64,000 nucleotides of DNA from an uncultured Acidobacteriota bacterium (GTDB lineage Bacteria; Acidobacteriota; Vicinamibacteria; Fen-336): positions 832,001 to 896,000 of the forward strand of contig OY970399.1 of NCBI GenBank assembly GCA_963720545.1, given 5' to 3'. Both the position numbers and the translations under genes were made by a program. The notes below the pieces were generated by a model, which was not told the DNA's origin, made no database searches, and saw only the letters and a list, made by a program, of their open reading frames with translations. Of the stretch, positions 10,508 through 20,254 are shown piece after piece. Position 1 is the first letter of the stretch, and every line of letters begins with the position of its first letter.

Positions 10508-11989
10508 TCAGCGACCCGCGGGTGCCGATTTCTGCGGCGGCGCCACGAGCGCGAGCTGCGCCTGTCGAGAAAAGTCAATCGACTCAGCCAGGATCCTTGC
10601 AGCCTCCGCGGGCGCATGAAATCCCATCGAGTTTTCAGCCGCCACGAAATCGAGGCGCCATTGCGCCTTGCGTTGCAGTTCCTGCGCGGCAGCGAGCCGC
10701 TCCGCGGGCACGCCTGCCTTCCTCGCTGCGGCCATCGAGTCGAGCATGTCGACAAGCGCCGCAGCCGAGCGCTGAACCAGCGCCTGCGTGCGCTCCTGGA
10801 TCGCGTCCACGCGCGCTTGCAACTCTGTCTCTGGGTAGGGATGGCACGACTGGCATGCCCGCGCAATGTTCAACAGCGGGCTGCGCACCCAGTGGTCCGC
10901 GACCTTGACCGCGCCCTCGCGCTTATAGGGCATATGGCAGTCGGCGCACGCGACGCCTGAGCGCGCGTGGACACCTTGGCTCCACAGCTCGAACTCTGGA
11001 TGCTGCGCCTTGAGAACCTCTGCCCCCGTTTCGCCATGCGCCCAATCGTAAAAACGATGCCCGTCCGGGAAGTTGAAGCCGTCGTAATGACTCTCGATCT
11101 GCTCCACCTTGAGCCCTTTGGACCATGGGAAGAACAACGTCGTCTTCGGGCCGCAGTAGTATTCGACGTGGCACTGGCCGCAGACGTACGATCGCATCTC
11201 CTGACGGGTGCCGTCGACGTTGGGATCGTAGGCAACCGCGCGAGCGCCCTGACGCCACCGCTCCACGCTCTGCAAGTGCGGAACCGGTTCCGCGCTGGCG
11301 GCCAGCGCCTGTATCCCCCGGATGAAGCCAGGGCGTGTCACCCGCAGGGCCATCGTCTTCGGGTCGTGGCAATCGACGCAGCCCACGGGGTGAGCACCAT
11401 CGGCGTGCTGGAACTGTTGCCCGCTGCCGCCCGCTCCAGGGTTTGATGAGCCAGTCTTCACCAGCTCAGCGTGCGCGTCCCAGTACTTCAGCTTATTGAG
11501 CGCCTCGAAGCCCTTGAACACATCGCCGCCACCAATGCGCCGGTAGGTCGGGATCACTGAGCCGTGACAATGCAGGCATGCTCCCGGCTGTGGGCGCTCG
11601 TTGACGCGCTTCGTGACCTCTTGATCAGCCAACATGAACGCGTGTCCGCGCCGGTCGCGGTAATCAATGGCAAATGCATATCCAGCAAACATCCGCTTGA
11701 GCCACGGGTCACGCTCAATCTTTTCCGCAGGCAGCGCCTCGGATCCTCCAAACTGTGTACGCGTTGTGTCGCTGGTCCTCCGGTATGCGTCATACTCCCG
11801 CGGCCAGTTGGTTCCCCACGGTGCCGCGTCGGTGGTCTCTTCGTTGACCTCCACCAGTCGAACGTATGGGTTTTTTGCCTCCTGCTTGCGCTCGAAGATG
11901 CTCGTTAGCAGCCCGGCCACAAGGAACGCCGCCGCCGCCGAGGCGATGGCCACACCGACGATCGTTAAGCGCCCGCGCAGCACGGTCAC
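10508..11989 (-). CDS. nrfA: Ammonia-forming cytochrome c nitrite reductase NrfA (CxxCH-type first heme)
   Basis: Five heme motifs CLHCH, CVDCH, CGQCH(VEYY), CADCH(MPY), CQSCH; AGYAF...[24 protein letters not shown] start overlaps the nrfH stop. Confidence 0.95.
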   Translation of the reverse strand: MTVLRGRLTIVGVAIASAAAAFLVAGLLTSIFERKQEAKNPYVRLVEVNEETTDAAPWGTNWPREYDAYRRTSDTTRTQFGGSEALPAEKIERDPWLKRMFAGYAFAIDYRDRRGHAFMLADQEVTKRVNERPQPGACLHCHGSVIPTYRRIGGGDVFKGFEALNKLKYWDAHAELVKTGSSNPGAGGSGQQFQHADGAHPVGCVDCHDPKTMALRVTRPGFIRGIQALAASAEPVPHLQSVERWRQGARAVAYDPNVDGTRQEMRSYVCGQCHVEYYCGPKTTLFFPWSKGLKVEQIESHYDGFNFPDGHRFYDWAHGETGAEVLKAQHPEFELWSQGVHARSGVACADCHMPYKREGAVKVADHWVRSPLLNIARACQSCHPYPETELQARVDAIQERTQALVQRSAAALVDMLDSMAAARKAGVPAERLAAAQELQRKAQWRLDFVAAENSMGFHAPAEAARILAESIDFSRQAQLALVAPPQKSAPAGR

Positions 11990-12456
11990 GATCGGGCTCC
12001 ATGCCCGGCGCCACGATGGCAGTGCACGCACTGAGCTTCGTTGTCACGTTCCCCTCCGCCGCGAACGATCTCGTGAACGAAGTCTTCGTGACAGCGCATA
12101 CAGTTCTCCTGAAGGATCACCGAGTTTCGCGGCTTAATCTGGATCGGTTCGTGAAAGTCAAGGAAGGTGAAGCCCTTCGAATGACGATAGCCATTGTCAG
12201 CCTTCGCCATGTACTTTCGGACGAAGTCGTGCGGCAGGTGGCATTCGACGCACTTAGCAGCCGCGTGATGCGGACCCTGCGACCAGGATTGATACTGATC
12301 GTTCATGATGTGACAGTTTGCGCAGGCGCGAGGATCCGTAGAGAAGTAGCTGAGCCCCTCGCCGTACCGAAAGGTGAACGCACCGAGGCCGGCACCCGCG
12401 CCAACGCAGAGTGCGGTTAACAAGAACGCCACCGGCGCGCGCGAGCCGGGCTTCAT
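11986..12456 (-). CDS. nrfH: Tetraheme quinol dehydrogenase NrfH
   Basis: N-terminal TM helix; CANCHIM, CVECHLP, CMRCH, CVHCH; adjacent to nrfA. Confidence 0.95.
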   Translation of the reverse strand: MKPGSRAPVAFLLTALCVGAGAGLGAFTFRYGEGLSYFSTDPRACANCHIMNDQYQSWSQGPHHAAAKCVECHLPHDFVRKYMAKADNGYRHSKGFTFLDFHEPIQIKPRNSVILQENCMRCHEDFVHEIVRGGGERDNEAQCVHCHRGAGHGARS

Positions 12457-12487
12457 CGCGGGAGCAGTCTAGCCGAGCGCGCCACGC

Positions 12488-13450
12488 CTAGAAGGAAAAT
12501 GGCAGGTCAGCCTGCACGATAGCGTAGCCGCGTAACCGCATCGGCGCGTCGAGCGCCCGCGAGTAGGCAAGGCCCGGACGGAACCACCTCTTCCCGATCT
12601 TGAAATGCAGCCGCGGCCCAGCGCCGAATGTCAGCTGCTCGCTCGCACGGGAGTCATTCCGAACTGGCGCGGCGTCGGTAATCCAACGCTGCAGTCGAAT
12701 CTCCGTCCCCAGCGATAGCCGTGGCGAAAGGAAATGTCCCGCATGCACGCCGGCGGTGAAGTTAGTGCGGTGCCCATCCTGTGCTACCGGTCCGCGTACC
12801 CGGTCAAGCTGCAACACGGTCGCCTCCGCCTGCAGCGTGAGTGCTCTCGTCACGCGGCCGATGCTCACTCCGCCAATCAGGGTCCAGTAGTCCACCGCAA
12901 AGAGCGCATTGTCCATTCCGGACCGTGCCGGTACTGCCGCTGCAAGCGCGGCAGCCGCCCCGGCATCCAGCCGGTCGCCGCCCCTGCTGCCGAGGGGAAC
13001 GGTGCTGGCGAGAAAAACAGACACCCGCCAGGCGCCGCGCAGAGGCCGCACATAGTTGATTCCCAGCAACGGGTTCGAGAATGCCGAGCCCCGCGACGCA
13101 AAGGGTGTCGACAAGCTGTGATGCACCCAGGTTTCTCGGAACACGGGCACCCAGCGAGGGCGGAGCCTCCATGTGATAGTCAGACTCGTGACAGCGGTCC
13201 GGGCCATCACAGCCGTGACTGGCATCTGCGAGAAGGCGATGGTCTGGTCGAGACGAACCACACTTGCGGCCGTCATCGGCCGCAGCAACCACGGCAACGA
13301 GTAAGGCGGCGCCGGCGGTGGCGCCGCGTGCACCGATTGCGCGCTGGCCGTCGCAGCCAAGCTCGTCAGACAGATAACCGCAAACGCCACGCGCCTCGGA
13401 TAAGAACACCCTGGTGCCAACCGTTGGGGGCACGTCAATATTGAAAGCAT
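12488..13450 (-). CDS. Hypothetical secreted, possibly outer-membrane beta-barrel protein
   Basis: Signal-like N-terminus (LAATASAQ), amphipathic beta-strands, C-terminal LPFSF. Confidence 0.6.
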   Translation of the reverse strand: MLSILTCPQRLAPGCSYPRRVAFAVICLTSLAATASAQSVHAAPPPAPPYSLPWLLRPMTAASVVRLDQTIAFSQMPVTAVMARTAVTSLTITWRLRPRWVPVFRETWVHHSLSTPFASRGSAFSNPLLGINYVRPLRGAWRVSVFLASTVPLGSRGGDRLDAGAAAALAAAVPARSGMDNALFAVDYWTLIGGVSIGRVTRALTLQAEATVLQLDRVRGPVAQDGHRTNFTAGVHAGHFLSPRLSLGTEIRLQRWITDAAPVRNDSRASEQLTFGAGPRLHFKIGKRWFRPGLAYSRALDAPMRLRGYAIVQADLPFSF

Positions 13451-13465
13451 GGATACACCCTTTTC

Positions 13466-13481
13466 AGCAAGCGCCGTGCCA
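13466..13481 (-). promoter_or_regulatory. Sigma54 promoter for the hypothetical-nrfHA(-adh) unit
   Basis: Minus strand TGGCACGGCGCTTGCT matches the TGGCAC-N5-TTGC consensus; one degenerate activator-like site (CGCAaatccTACG) at 13550-13562. Confidence 0.75.
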
Positions 13482-13561
13482 CAAGGATCAGATGCTGTCG
13501 TGCCTGCCCTTGCTGCTTAGGTACGCTCCGCTAGCCGGCCTCGTTTCCGCGTAGGATTTGC

Positions 13562-14308
13562 GTGACATCAGGGCCGCCAATGGTGACTAAACTGCTGAGC
13601 GACGGTCAGCCACGTAAGTACGCAGTAATGGGCCCGTTGGTGGCCCTAGGGGCGCCCGTTGGGCTTGCGGTACTTCGCCTCCTGCTGCGTGGTTCAGCAT
13701 CAGCTCATGAACTGTTTGCCGATGTGGAACGGGATCCGTGGACTTACGGCTACGTGGCGATCGCGACCATGACCGCGTTTGGAGTGTTCGGATGGTTTCA
13801 GGACCGGCAAGCGCGGCTTCTCTACGAAATGGCGATCATCGATGCACTCACGCAGCTGTGCAACCGCCGAGCGTTCGAGGAACAAATGACCCTGGCACTT
13901 GCACGTCGCAAACGCGACGGCTCTTCGCTCAGCCTTGCGTTATTCGATGTCGATGGACTCAAGACGATCAATGACCGCGACGGCCATCGTTGTGGCGATA
14001 GCGTATTGAAGGCGGTGGCGCAAGCCCTTCGTGACGGGTCGAGGGAGGCGGATCTCGTCGCACGCTGGGGTGGCGATGAGTTTGCGATCCTTGCACCGGA
14101 TACCGATCATTCTGAGGCTTTGCAACTGGCCGAGCGCATCCGCACCCTCGTGGCATCCAGTGGCGCGGGCGTCACAGTGTCCGCGGGCGTCGCGACCACT
14201 GCTCCAGGAACTGACAGGGGAGGAGACTTGTTGAGAATCGCCGACGCTGCTCTTTATGTCGCAAAAGCACGCGGACGCAATTGCGTAGAGTCGTCTGCAA
14301 CGTCGTGA
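13562..14308 (+). CDS. Membrane-anchored GGDEF diguanylate cyclase
   Basis: Two TM segments, DALTQLCNRR, DVDGLKTIND, RWGGDEF. Confidence 0.93.
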   Translation: MTSGPPMVTKLLSDGQPRKYAVMGPLVALGAPVGLAVLRLLLRGSASAHELFADVERDPWTYGYVAIATMTAFGVFGWFQDRQARLLYEMAIIDALTQLCNRRAFEEQMTLALARRKRDGSSLSLALFDVDGLKTINDRDGHRCGDSVLKAVAQALRDGSREADLVARWGGDEFAILAPDTDHSEALQLAERIRTLVASSGAGVTVSAGVATTAPGTDRGGDLLRIADAALYVAKARGRNCVESSATS

Positions 14309-14345
14309 TGCCTCGCGCGGTCAACAGCTTGACGCGATCAGCGCA

Positions 14346-15776
14346 ATGAAGAGCACCGAGACACGCGGCGGCCGCATCGTCGTTGTCGACGATGAAACGG
14401 GTGCGGCGTCGGCCCTCGAGACGCTGCTGCGTGGCGACGGTTATGAGGTCTGGAAGGCCACCGACGGAACGTCAGGCTTGGCGTTGGCGGAAGACGTTCG
14501 TCCCGATCTCGTACTCACCGACCTGCGAATGCCAGGACTCGACGGCGTCGAGCTGCTCACCCGCCTCAAGACGACGCAGCCGGACGTGATGATCATCATT
14601 ATGACCGCCTTCGGCACGGTCAAGACCGCGGTGAAGGCGCTGAAGCTCGGCGCCGAGGACTACCTGACGAAGCCGCTCGACATTGAAGAGCTGGAAATCG
14701 TGATCGAGAAGACCCTCACACGCAAGCGCCTGATAGAGGAAGCGCGTGGACTCCGCGAACGGCTCGACACGAAGTACAAGTTCAACAACCTCATCGGCGA
14801 AAGCGCCCAGATGGTCGCGGCTTTCAAGACTATTCGCCAGGTGGCGCCATCAACGGCGTCGGTGCTGTTGCTCGGAGAAAGCGGCACGGGCAAGGAGTTG
14901 TTCGCCCAGGCGCTTCACCAGAACTCGCCGCGCCGTGAGCGGCCGTTCGTAAAGGTAGCGTGTGGCGCGTTGCCCGAGTCTCTTCTTGAAAGCGAACTCT
15001 TCGGGCACGAGAAAGGCTCCTTCACCGGGGCAATCGCCAGCCGCGCAGGCCGCTTCGAGATGGCTGACGGCGGCACGCTGTTCCTGGACGAAATCGGCGA
15101 CATTTCCATGACCGTCCAGGTCAAGCTCTTGCGCTTCCTGGAAGAGCGCGAATTTGAGCGAGTTGGCGGCAATCGGACGCTGAAGGTCGACGTACGCGTG
15201 GTCGCCGCGACGCACCGCGACCTGCAAGTGCGCATCGCGGAGGGCTTGTTCCGTGAAGACCTTTACTACCGGCTCAACGTCGTCGAGATCAACATTCCGC
15301 CGCTGCGGGAACGCGCCGGCGATATCGCGCTTCTGGCCCATGAGTTCACCCAGCGGTTCGCGGTGATCAACGGCAAGAAAGCCTTGCGCCTTTCCGATGA
15401 AGCTCTCGCAGGCTTGCTGCGGCACCCGTGGCGAGGCAACGTGCGGGAACTCGAAAACGCGATCGAACGCGCCGTGGTCTTGAGCGAGGGTGGCGAGATC
15501 GAATTGACCCCCGGACACTTTCCAACGCTGCGCGCCCTCGGTCCCGCAGCGCCCGCCGGCTCCCCCGCCGACAAGTCGCTGCCCATTCCGGGAACTACGC
15601 TGGACGTGCTGGAGCGCGAGGCAATCCTGAGAACCCTCGAAGCCGTGGGCGGCAGCACGTCACGGGCAGCGGAGCTCCTCGACATCAGCCCGCGGAAGAT
15701 TCAGTACAAGTTGAAGGAATACCGCGCGCTCGGCGTTCTCGCCCCGGAGGAGCTCGACCCCAAGCAGGGTTCCTGA
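14346..15776 (+). CDS. Sigma54-dependent response regulator (NtrC/AtoC/ZraR type)
   Basis: REC domain (VVDDE, TDLRMP), GESGTGKE, GSFTGA, FLDEIG, WRGNVREL, Fis HTH. Confidence 0.96.
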   Translation: MKSTETRGGRIVVVDDETGAASALETLLRGDGYEVWKATDGTSGLALAEDVRPDLVLTDLRMPGLDGVELLTRLKTTQPDVMIIIMTAFGTVKTAVKALKLGAEDYLTKPLDIEELEIVIEKTLTRKRLIEEARGLRERLDTKYKFNNLIGESAQMVAAFKTIRQVAPSTASVLLLGESGTGKELFAQALHQNSPRRERPFVKVACGALPESLLESELFGHEKGSFTGAIASRAGRFEMADGGTLFLDEIGDISMTVQVKLLRFLEEREFERVGGNRTLKVDVRVVAATHRDLQVRIAEGLFREDLYYRLNVVEINIPPLRERAGDIALLAHEFTQRFAVINGKKALRLSDEALAGLLRHPWRGNVRELENAIERAVVLSEGGEIELTPGHFPTLRALGPAAPAGSPADKSLPIPGTTLDVLEREAILRTLEAVGGSTSRAAELLDISPRKIQYKLKEYRALGVLAPEELDPKQGS

Positions 15777-15878
15777 CGCAGAAACTGCGGCTGGCAGTTG
15801 CGCGCCGCGCAACTGCTGCGCGCGGATCCGCCAGTCCGGGGCTTTAGCCGCAAAAACGCGGCTGGCACGTTCCTCGCT
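15777..15878 (+). promoter_or_regulatory. Sigma54 promoter with paired upstream activator sites
   Basis: CGCAgaaacTGCG 15777-15789, CGCAactgcTGCG 15808-15820, TGGCAC-N5-TCGC 15863-15877. Confidence 0.78.
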
Positions 15879-15904
15879 GTTGCTCGTGACAACAGGAGCG
15901 ACAC

Positions 15905-16930
15905 ATGCCCAACCTGATGCGCGCCGCCGTGGTTCACGCCTTCGATCAGGCACTCGTGATCGAGCAAGTGCCGATTCCGAGTCCCGGCCCCGGGCAGGTT
16001 CTTGTCAAGATCGAGGCCTCGGGTGTCTGCCACACCGACCTGCATGCGGCCCGCGGCGACTGGCCCATCAAACCGGCGCTGCCATTCATACCGGGCCACG
16101 AAGGCGCGGGCTTCGTCGCGGCACTCGGTGCAGGAGTTGAGGGCTTTCAGGAAGGCGACCGAGTCGGGATTCCGTGGCTGCATTCGGCGTGCGGCCGGTG
16201 CTCCTATTGCGTAGGCGGTTGGGAAACGCTGTGCCAAGCGCAAACCAACACGGGCTATTCAGTCAATGGCGGCTTCGCAGAGTACGCCTTGGCCGAGGCG
16301 GCTTATGCAGCACCCATCCCCGCGACAATCAGCCTTACGGACGCTGCGCCGATATTGTGCGCCGGGGTAACGACCTACAAGGCCCTCAAAGAAACCGGCG
16401 CCAGACCCGGCGAGTGGGTGCTCATCTCCGGGATTGGGGGTTTGGGTCATATGGCGGTTCAGTACGCCCGCGCGATGGGCCTGCGCGTCGTCGCGATGGA
16501 CGTGACCAAGGAAAAGCTTTCGCTGGCCCACGAACTTGGTGCGGAGATCATGATCGACGCCCGGTCTGCGGACGCCGCGACGCGAGTTCAGTCGGCGACC
16601 GGCGGAGTACAAGGTGCGGTCGTTACGGCTGTTTGTGCGCCCGCCTTCCGCCAGGCGCTCGACATGGTGCGGCGCGGCGGCACCTGTGTGCTCGTGGGCC
16701 TGCCCCCGGGCGATTTCTCGATCCCCATCTTCGACGTGGTTTTGAAGCGCCTGACGATCCGTGGCTCGATCGTGGGCACGCGCAACGATCTTGCGGAGGC
16801 GTTTGCGCTCGCAACAAACGGCGGCGTCACTGCGAGATACGAGGTGCAGCCGCTCGAGTGCGTCAACACTGTGTTTGAGCGAATGCAGAGTGGCGTCATT
16901 GCCGGCCGCGTTGTTCTGGGGATGCGGTGA
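15905..16930 (+). CDS. adhP: AdhP-type zinc alcohol dehydrogenase
   Basis: [22 protein letters not shown]...[25 protein letters not shown]. Confidence 0.93.
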   Translation: MPNLMRAAVVHAFDQALVIEQVPIPSPGPGQVLVKIEASGVCHTDLHAARGDWPIKPALPFIPGHEGAGFVAALGAGVEGFQEGDRVGIPWLHSACGRCSYCVGGWETLCQAQTNTGYSVNGGFAEYALAEAAYAAPIPATISLTDAAPILCAGVTTYKALKETGARPGEWVLISGIGGLGHMAVQYARAMGLRVVAMDVTKEKLSLAHELGAEIMIDARSADAATRVQSATGGVQGAVVTAVCAPAFRQALDMVRRGGTCVLVGLPPGDFSIPIFDVVLKRLTIRGSIVGTRNDLAEAFALATNGGVTARYEVQPLECVNTVFERMQSGVIAGRVVLGMR

Positions 16931-18345
16931 TGACCGACGCCTCGTGGACAAACGAGATCGCGTCGTATTACCGCTCTTCTTCCGTCAGGCATCGCCTCTC
17001 GGAAGCTTGCGGCGGGCAGGACGGCTCGCCGGACTCCTTCTCCAGCTGGAGTCTCGCAGCCTTCGGCGGCGCGCGCCGGCGATTCGAAGTAGACGGCGGC
17101 CCGGTGCCCTTCGGCAACGCCGACTTCAGCAGCATCCTCGACGAGGGCGCGGACTTGTGCCGGTCGCTGGCCGATCGCGGCGGCACACTGATCGTGCTGG
17201 ACGTCGATTACGTAAGCCCGGATAACGCCATCGAGGCATATTCCTCGCCGGCGATGGTGTTCCGCCGTCTCGAGCCGGTTCACCAAGCTGTGCTCCAGTT
17301 CTTCAGAGCACACGGCCTCGAACCCCGCGCAATTGGTACGGGACGGGGATATCACTACTCCTTGCGTGCACCTCTTGGCAGCGCGTTCCGAAGCAAGCTC
17401 GTTGCAATCGGCTCCGCGGGCGTACGCACCCTGCCGCGCGTGCGCCCCCCGCAACTCAGTCCCATGACAGTCCTGGACATGGAACACGCGCATGAAGGCG
17501 CCGGGCGTCTCCTGGAACACATCGCTCACCGCTTGATGCACCGGCTTCGCGGTGCAACCGAAGTGCCGGTAACGCTCGCTGACGTGCCGCCCCCTGGTCG
17601 CGGCCCGTTCATCTGTCTCGACCTCAGCGCCCACGGTGATCCCCTGTTCACGCGCCACATCCGCTGCGCCTTCTCGACCAACCAGAAGGCGGGAATCATG
17701 GAACTGCCTGGAGTACCGCCATTCACGGTCGCCCTTTCCCGCCGGGACGAACCGCTCGCGATGTTCCTGAGCGCGCGGCGCGACCCGACGGGCGCCACTT
17801 GCTGGGCGGCAATGGGCCGCGCCACTATCCCCGATGTCAGCGAGGCCGGAACTCTCTTGATGGATTACGAGAACGGCGCTGTCGCCCGGTTCCATCATGA
17901 GTTCGATAGCGGCCCAGCGGAGCTGTCGTCCTCGTGGCCGACGCGCCAGGATGAGTTCGAAGTCGCCGATCTCCCGGCATGCATGAGCACGCCCTTCGCT
18001 AATCCCAACCCCCTCTTGCTTCGTCCTTCGTGCCTGCGCTCCGTGGCACTCGGCATGTTGGGGCTTGGCGAGAGCCCGCGCGCAATCGCCGACGCCGTGA
18101 GCGTCGTCTATCGGGAAGAGCACGGTTGGCAACCGCCGTTCTCGCATTACGACGCCGCTCGCCGCGCGAATTTCTACGTGCGCGTGCTGTGCGGGGCGCT
18201 CGCCGACGGCCTCGATTCCGCGGCGCAGTTCTCGTGCGCGACCCAGGCTACACGCAACCTCTGCTTTCCCGGGCGCTGCAGCCAACCGGCACGGACCCTG
18301 TTTGCGTCGCTTGGCACGCTGGCCCAATTGAGGGCTCAACGGTGA
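16930..18345 (+). CDS. Uncharacterised AEP (PriS-like) domain protein with a PriL-CTD-like Cys4 tail
   Basis: LIVLDVD (motif I), TGRGYHY (motif II), ICLD..RHIRCAFSTNQK (motif III region); C-terminal LPACM...FSC-x8-C-x4-C; start overlaps the adhP stop. Confidence 0.65.
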   Translation: MTDASWTNEIASYYRSSSVRHRLSEACGGQDGSPDSFSSWSLAAFGGARRRFEVDGGPVPFGNADFSSILDEGADLCRSLADRGGTLIVLDVDYVSPDNAIEAYSSPAMVFRRLEPVHQAVLQFFRAHGLEPRAIGTGRGYHYSLRAPLGSAFRSKLVAIGSAGVRTLPRVRPPQLSPMTVLDMEHAHEGAGRLLEHIAHRLMHRLRGATEVPVTLADVPPPGRGPFICLDLSAHGDPLFTRHIRCAFSTNQKAGIMELPGVPPFTVALSRRDEPLAMFLSARRDPTGATCWAAMGRATIPDVSEAGTLLMDYENGAVARFHHEFDSGPAELSSSWPTRQDEFEVADLPACMSTPFANPNPLLLRPSCLRSVALGMLGLGESPRAIADAVSVVYREEHGWQPPFSHYDAARRANFYVRVLCGALADGLDSAAQFSCATQATRNLCFPGRCSQPARTLFASLGTLAQLRAQR

Positions 18346-19235
18346 TTCTCGTGCCTGGCATTTCCACCGGTATCCACTATCGCCGGCCGATCGGCGACTG
18401 CTTGCCGGCGATTCGCGAAGCGGGATTTACTCTGATCGAGGTATCGACCGCGCCTGATCATTTCGCTTACGGCAGCGCAACGGCAGTGCGGCAGCTCGCG
18501 GCCGCCGTCGCCAGCGAGGGCCTTCGGGTCCACTCCCTGCATGCTCCTTTCGGCCACGACATCGACATAACGAGCGAAAGCGAGTCGGCTCGCCGTCACG
18601 CGCTCGACAAGCTGAAGTCTGCGGCCGACGCTTTGGCGGCCCTTGGCGGCAAGATCCTGGTGGTCCATCCAGGCAGCGAGAATCCTCGCTGGGCGTGGGA
18701 GCGAGAACCCAGTATTCAACGCGCCGTGCACGGCATGCGATCGCTCGCGGCCGCGTGCTCGGATCGTGGCTTGACGCTCGCCATCGAGACCGCGCTGCCA
18801 CACCTGCTCGGCGGCAACGTCGGCGAACTCGACTGGATTCTCGAACAAGTGCCTGGCGCTCATGTGGGCGTCTGTATCGACACGTCGCACTGCTCGCTCG
18901 GCGGCACTCTATTCGATGCGTTCGCACGCTTCGCGCCAAGGCTCGTCCACCTCCAGGCGAGCGACAACCACGGCGTCACCGATGATCATTTGCCGCCGGG
19001 AAACGGGTTGGTCGATTGGCCGCGTGTTCGCGCCACCCTCGACGCTGTCCACTACCGTGGCTGTTTCATGCTCGAGATCAGCGGCGACGATGACGTGAGG
19101 AAGGAAACGCGCGCGGCTGCCGCCAGTGCGCAACACGCCCTCGATCCGGCGCGCGTCACTGAAGTTATGCACCGCGAAGCGGCCGCCTTGGCCAATTCGA
19201 TTGAAAGGAGTTCGCCATGGTCCTACAACGACTGA
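18342..19235 (+). CDS. Xylose-isomerase-like / AP-endonuclease-2 TIM-barrel metalloenzyme
   Basis: SLHAPF, VVHPG, AIET, CIDTSH, HLQASDN...DDHLPPGNG.VDW, MLEI; GTGA overlap with the upstream gene. Confidence 0.9.
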   Translation: MILVPGISTGIHYRRPIGDCLPAIREAGFTLIEVSTAPDHFAYGSATAVRQLAAAVASEGLRVHSLHAPFGHDIDITSESESARRHALDKLKSAADALAALGGKILVVHPGSENPRWAWEREPSIQRAVHGMRSLAAACSDRGLTLAIETALPHLLGGNVGELDWILEQVPGAHVGVCIDTSHCSLGGTLFDAFARFAPRLVHLQASDNHGVTDDHLPPGNGLVDWPRVRATLDAVHYRGCFMLEISGDDDVRKETRAAAASAQHALDPARVTEVMHREAAALANSIERSSPWSYND

Positions 19236-20209
19236 ACATCCAACGCGTGCTTTGCGCCGTCGATTTCTCGGAGTTTTCCGCCCAGGCGCAGGAACGGGCA
19301 GCAGCTATCGGGGGTTGGTTCGACGCCGAGCTGATGCTCGTACATGCGGTGCAGCCCATCATCGGCTGCGTTCCGCCTGACGGCGGCGTGCCTTACATAG
19401 CAATGACCACGGACATTCTGACTATTCAACAGCAGGAGGCCCGGCGCAGCCTGGAAGACGCCGCCAGACTGCTGCGCGAACGTGGCATGCGTGTGGAGAC
19501 GCGAGTGGTGGTGGACAGCCCCGCAACTGCAATCGCGGCGGCCGCCGCCGCATGGCCGGCGGATCTCGTCGTCATGGGAACCCACGGGCGCGCGGGTTTC
19601 GCTCATCTGCTGCTCGGCTCGGTCGCCGAACGGGTGCTGCGCACGGCACCTTGTCCCGTCCTGGTGGTGGGTAGAGAGACTGCGCAAAGCCCGTGGAGCC
19701 CGCTGTTCAGCCGGATCCTGTGTGCTGTGGATCTGACGGAAGCCTCCGAGCGAACCATCGACACGGCCTTCTCTGTTGCCGCTGAAACCCAGGCCACAAT
19801 CACGATGCTGCACGTAGTCGAAAGCCTGACCGGCAATAGTGCTGCAGTCCTCGGAATCCCCGAAACCGACCCTGCTTCGGTGCACTCCGAACTGAGAAAT
19901 CGTGCAGCCGCGAGACTGCTTCGAACCGTCCCCGATGCGACGGGGCGTTACTGCGAGATTTCCCAGCGTATCGAGATTGGCAGCGCCTGGCGGTCGATCG
20001 TGAAGGTCGCTGAGGAATTGGCGTCCGATGTCATAGTGGTGGGCGCACACGGCGGCTGGGGCGCAGGCCGGATGTTCCTGGGGTCGACCGCGAACCAGGT
20101 CGTCCGCCATGCCCACTGCCCCGTGCTCGTGGTGCGAGAGTCGAATGCGCGGCATGCGATGCCGCAACCCACGTTGAACGGCCCAGCGACTCGCCTAAAG
20201 CCCGCGTAG
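19217..20209 (+). CDS. Tandem-domain universal stress protein
   Basis: VLCAVDFS, VMGTHGRAG...LGSVAERVLR, LGSTANQVVRHAHCPVL. Confidence 0.93.
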   Translation: MVLQRLNIQRVLCAVDFSEFSAQAQERAAAIGGWFDAELMLVHAVQPIIGCVPPDGGVPYIAMTTDILTIQQQEARRSLEDAARLLRERGMRVETRVVVDSPATAIAAAAAAWPADLVVMGTHGRAGFAHLLLGSVAERVLRTAPCPVLVVGRETAQSPWSPLFSRILCAVDLTEASERTIDTAFSVAAETQATITMLHVVESLTGNSAAVLGIPETDPASVHSELRNRAAARLLRTVPDATGRYCEISQRIEIGSAWRSIVKVAEELASDVIVVGAHGGWGAGRMFLGSTANQVVRHAHCPVLVVRESNARHAMPQPTLNGPATRLKPA

Positions 20210-20254
20210 TCGTGTCGGCGATCAGCCGCTGACGGCAATAGGAACACCGTTACA

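Noticed and set aside
13524..13567. Paired activator sites at the standard 42-nt spacing for the nrf promoter
   Set aside because: Only weak matches at the expected positions; the single near-match (13550-13562) is off-register
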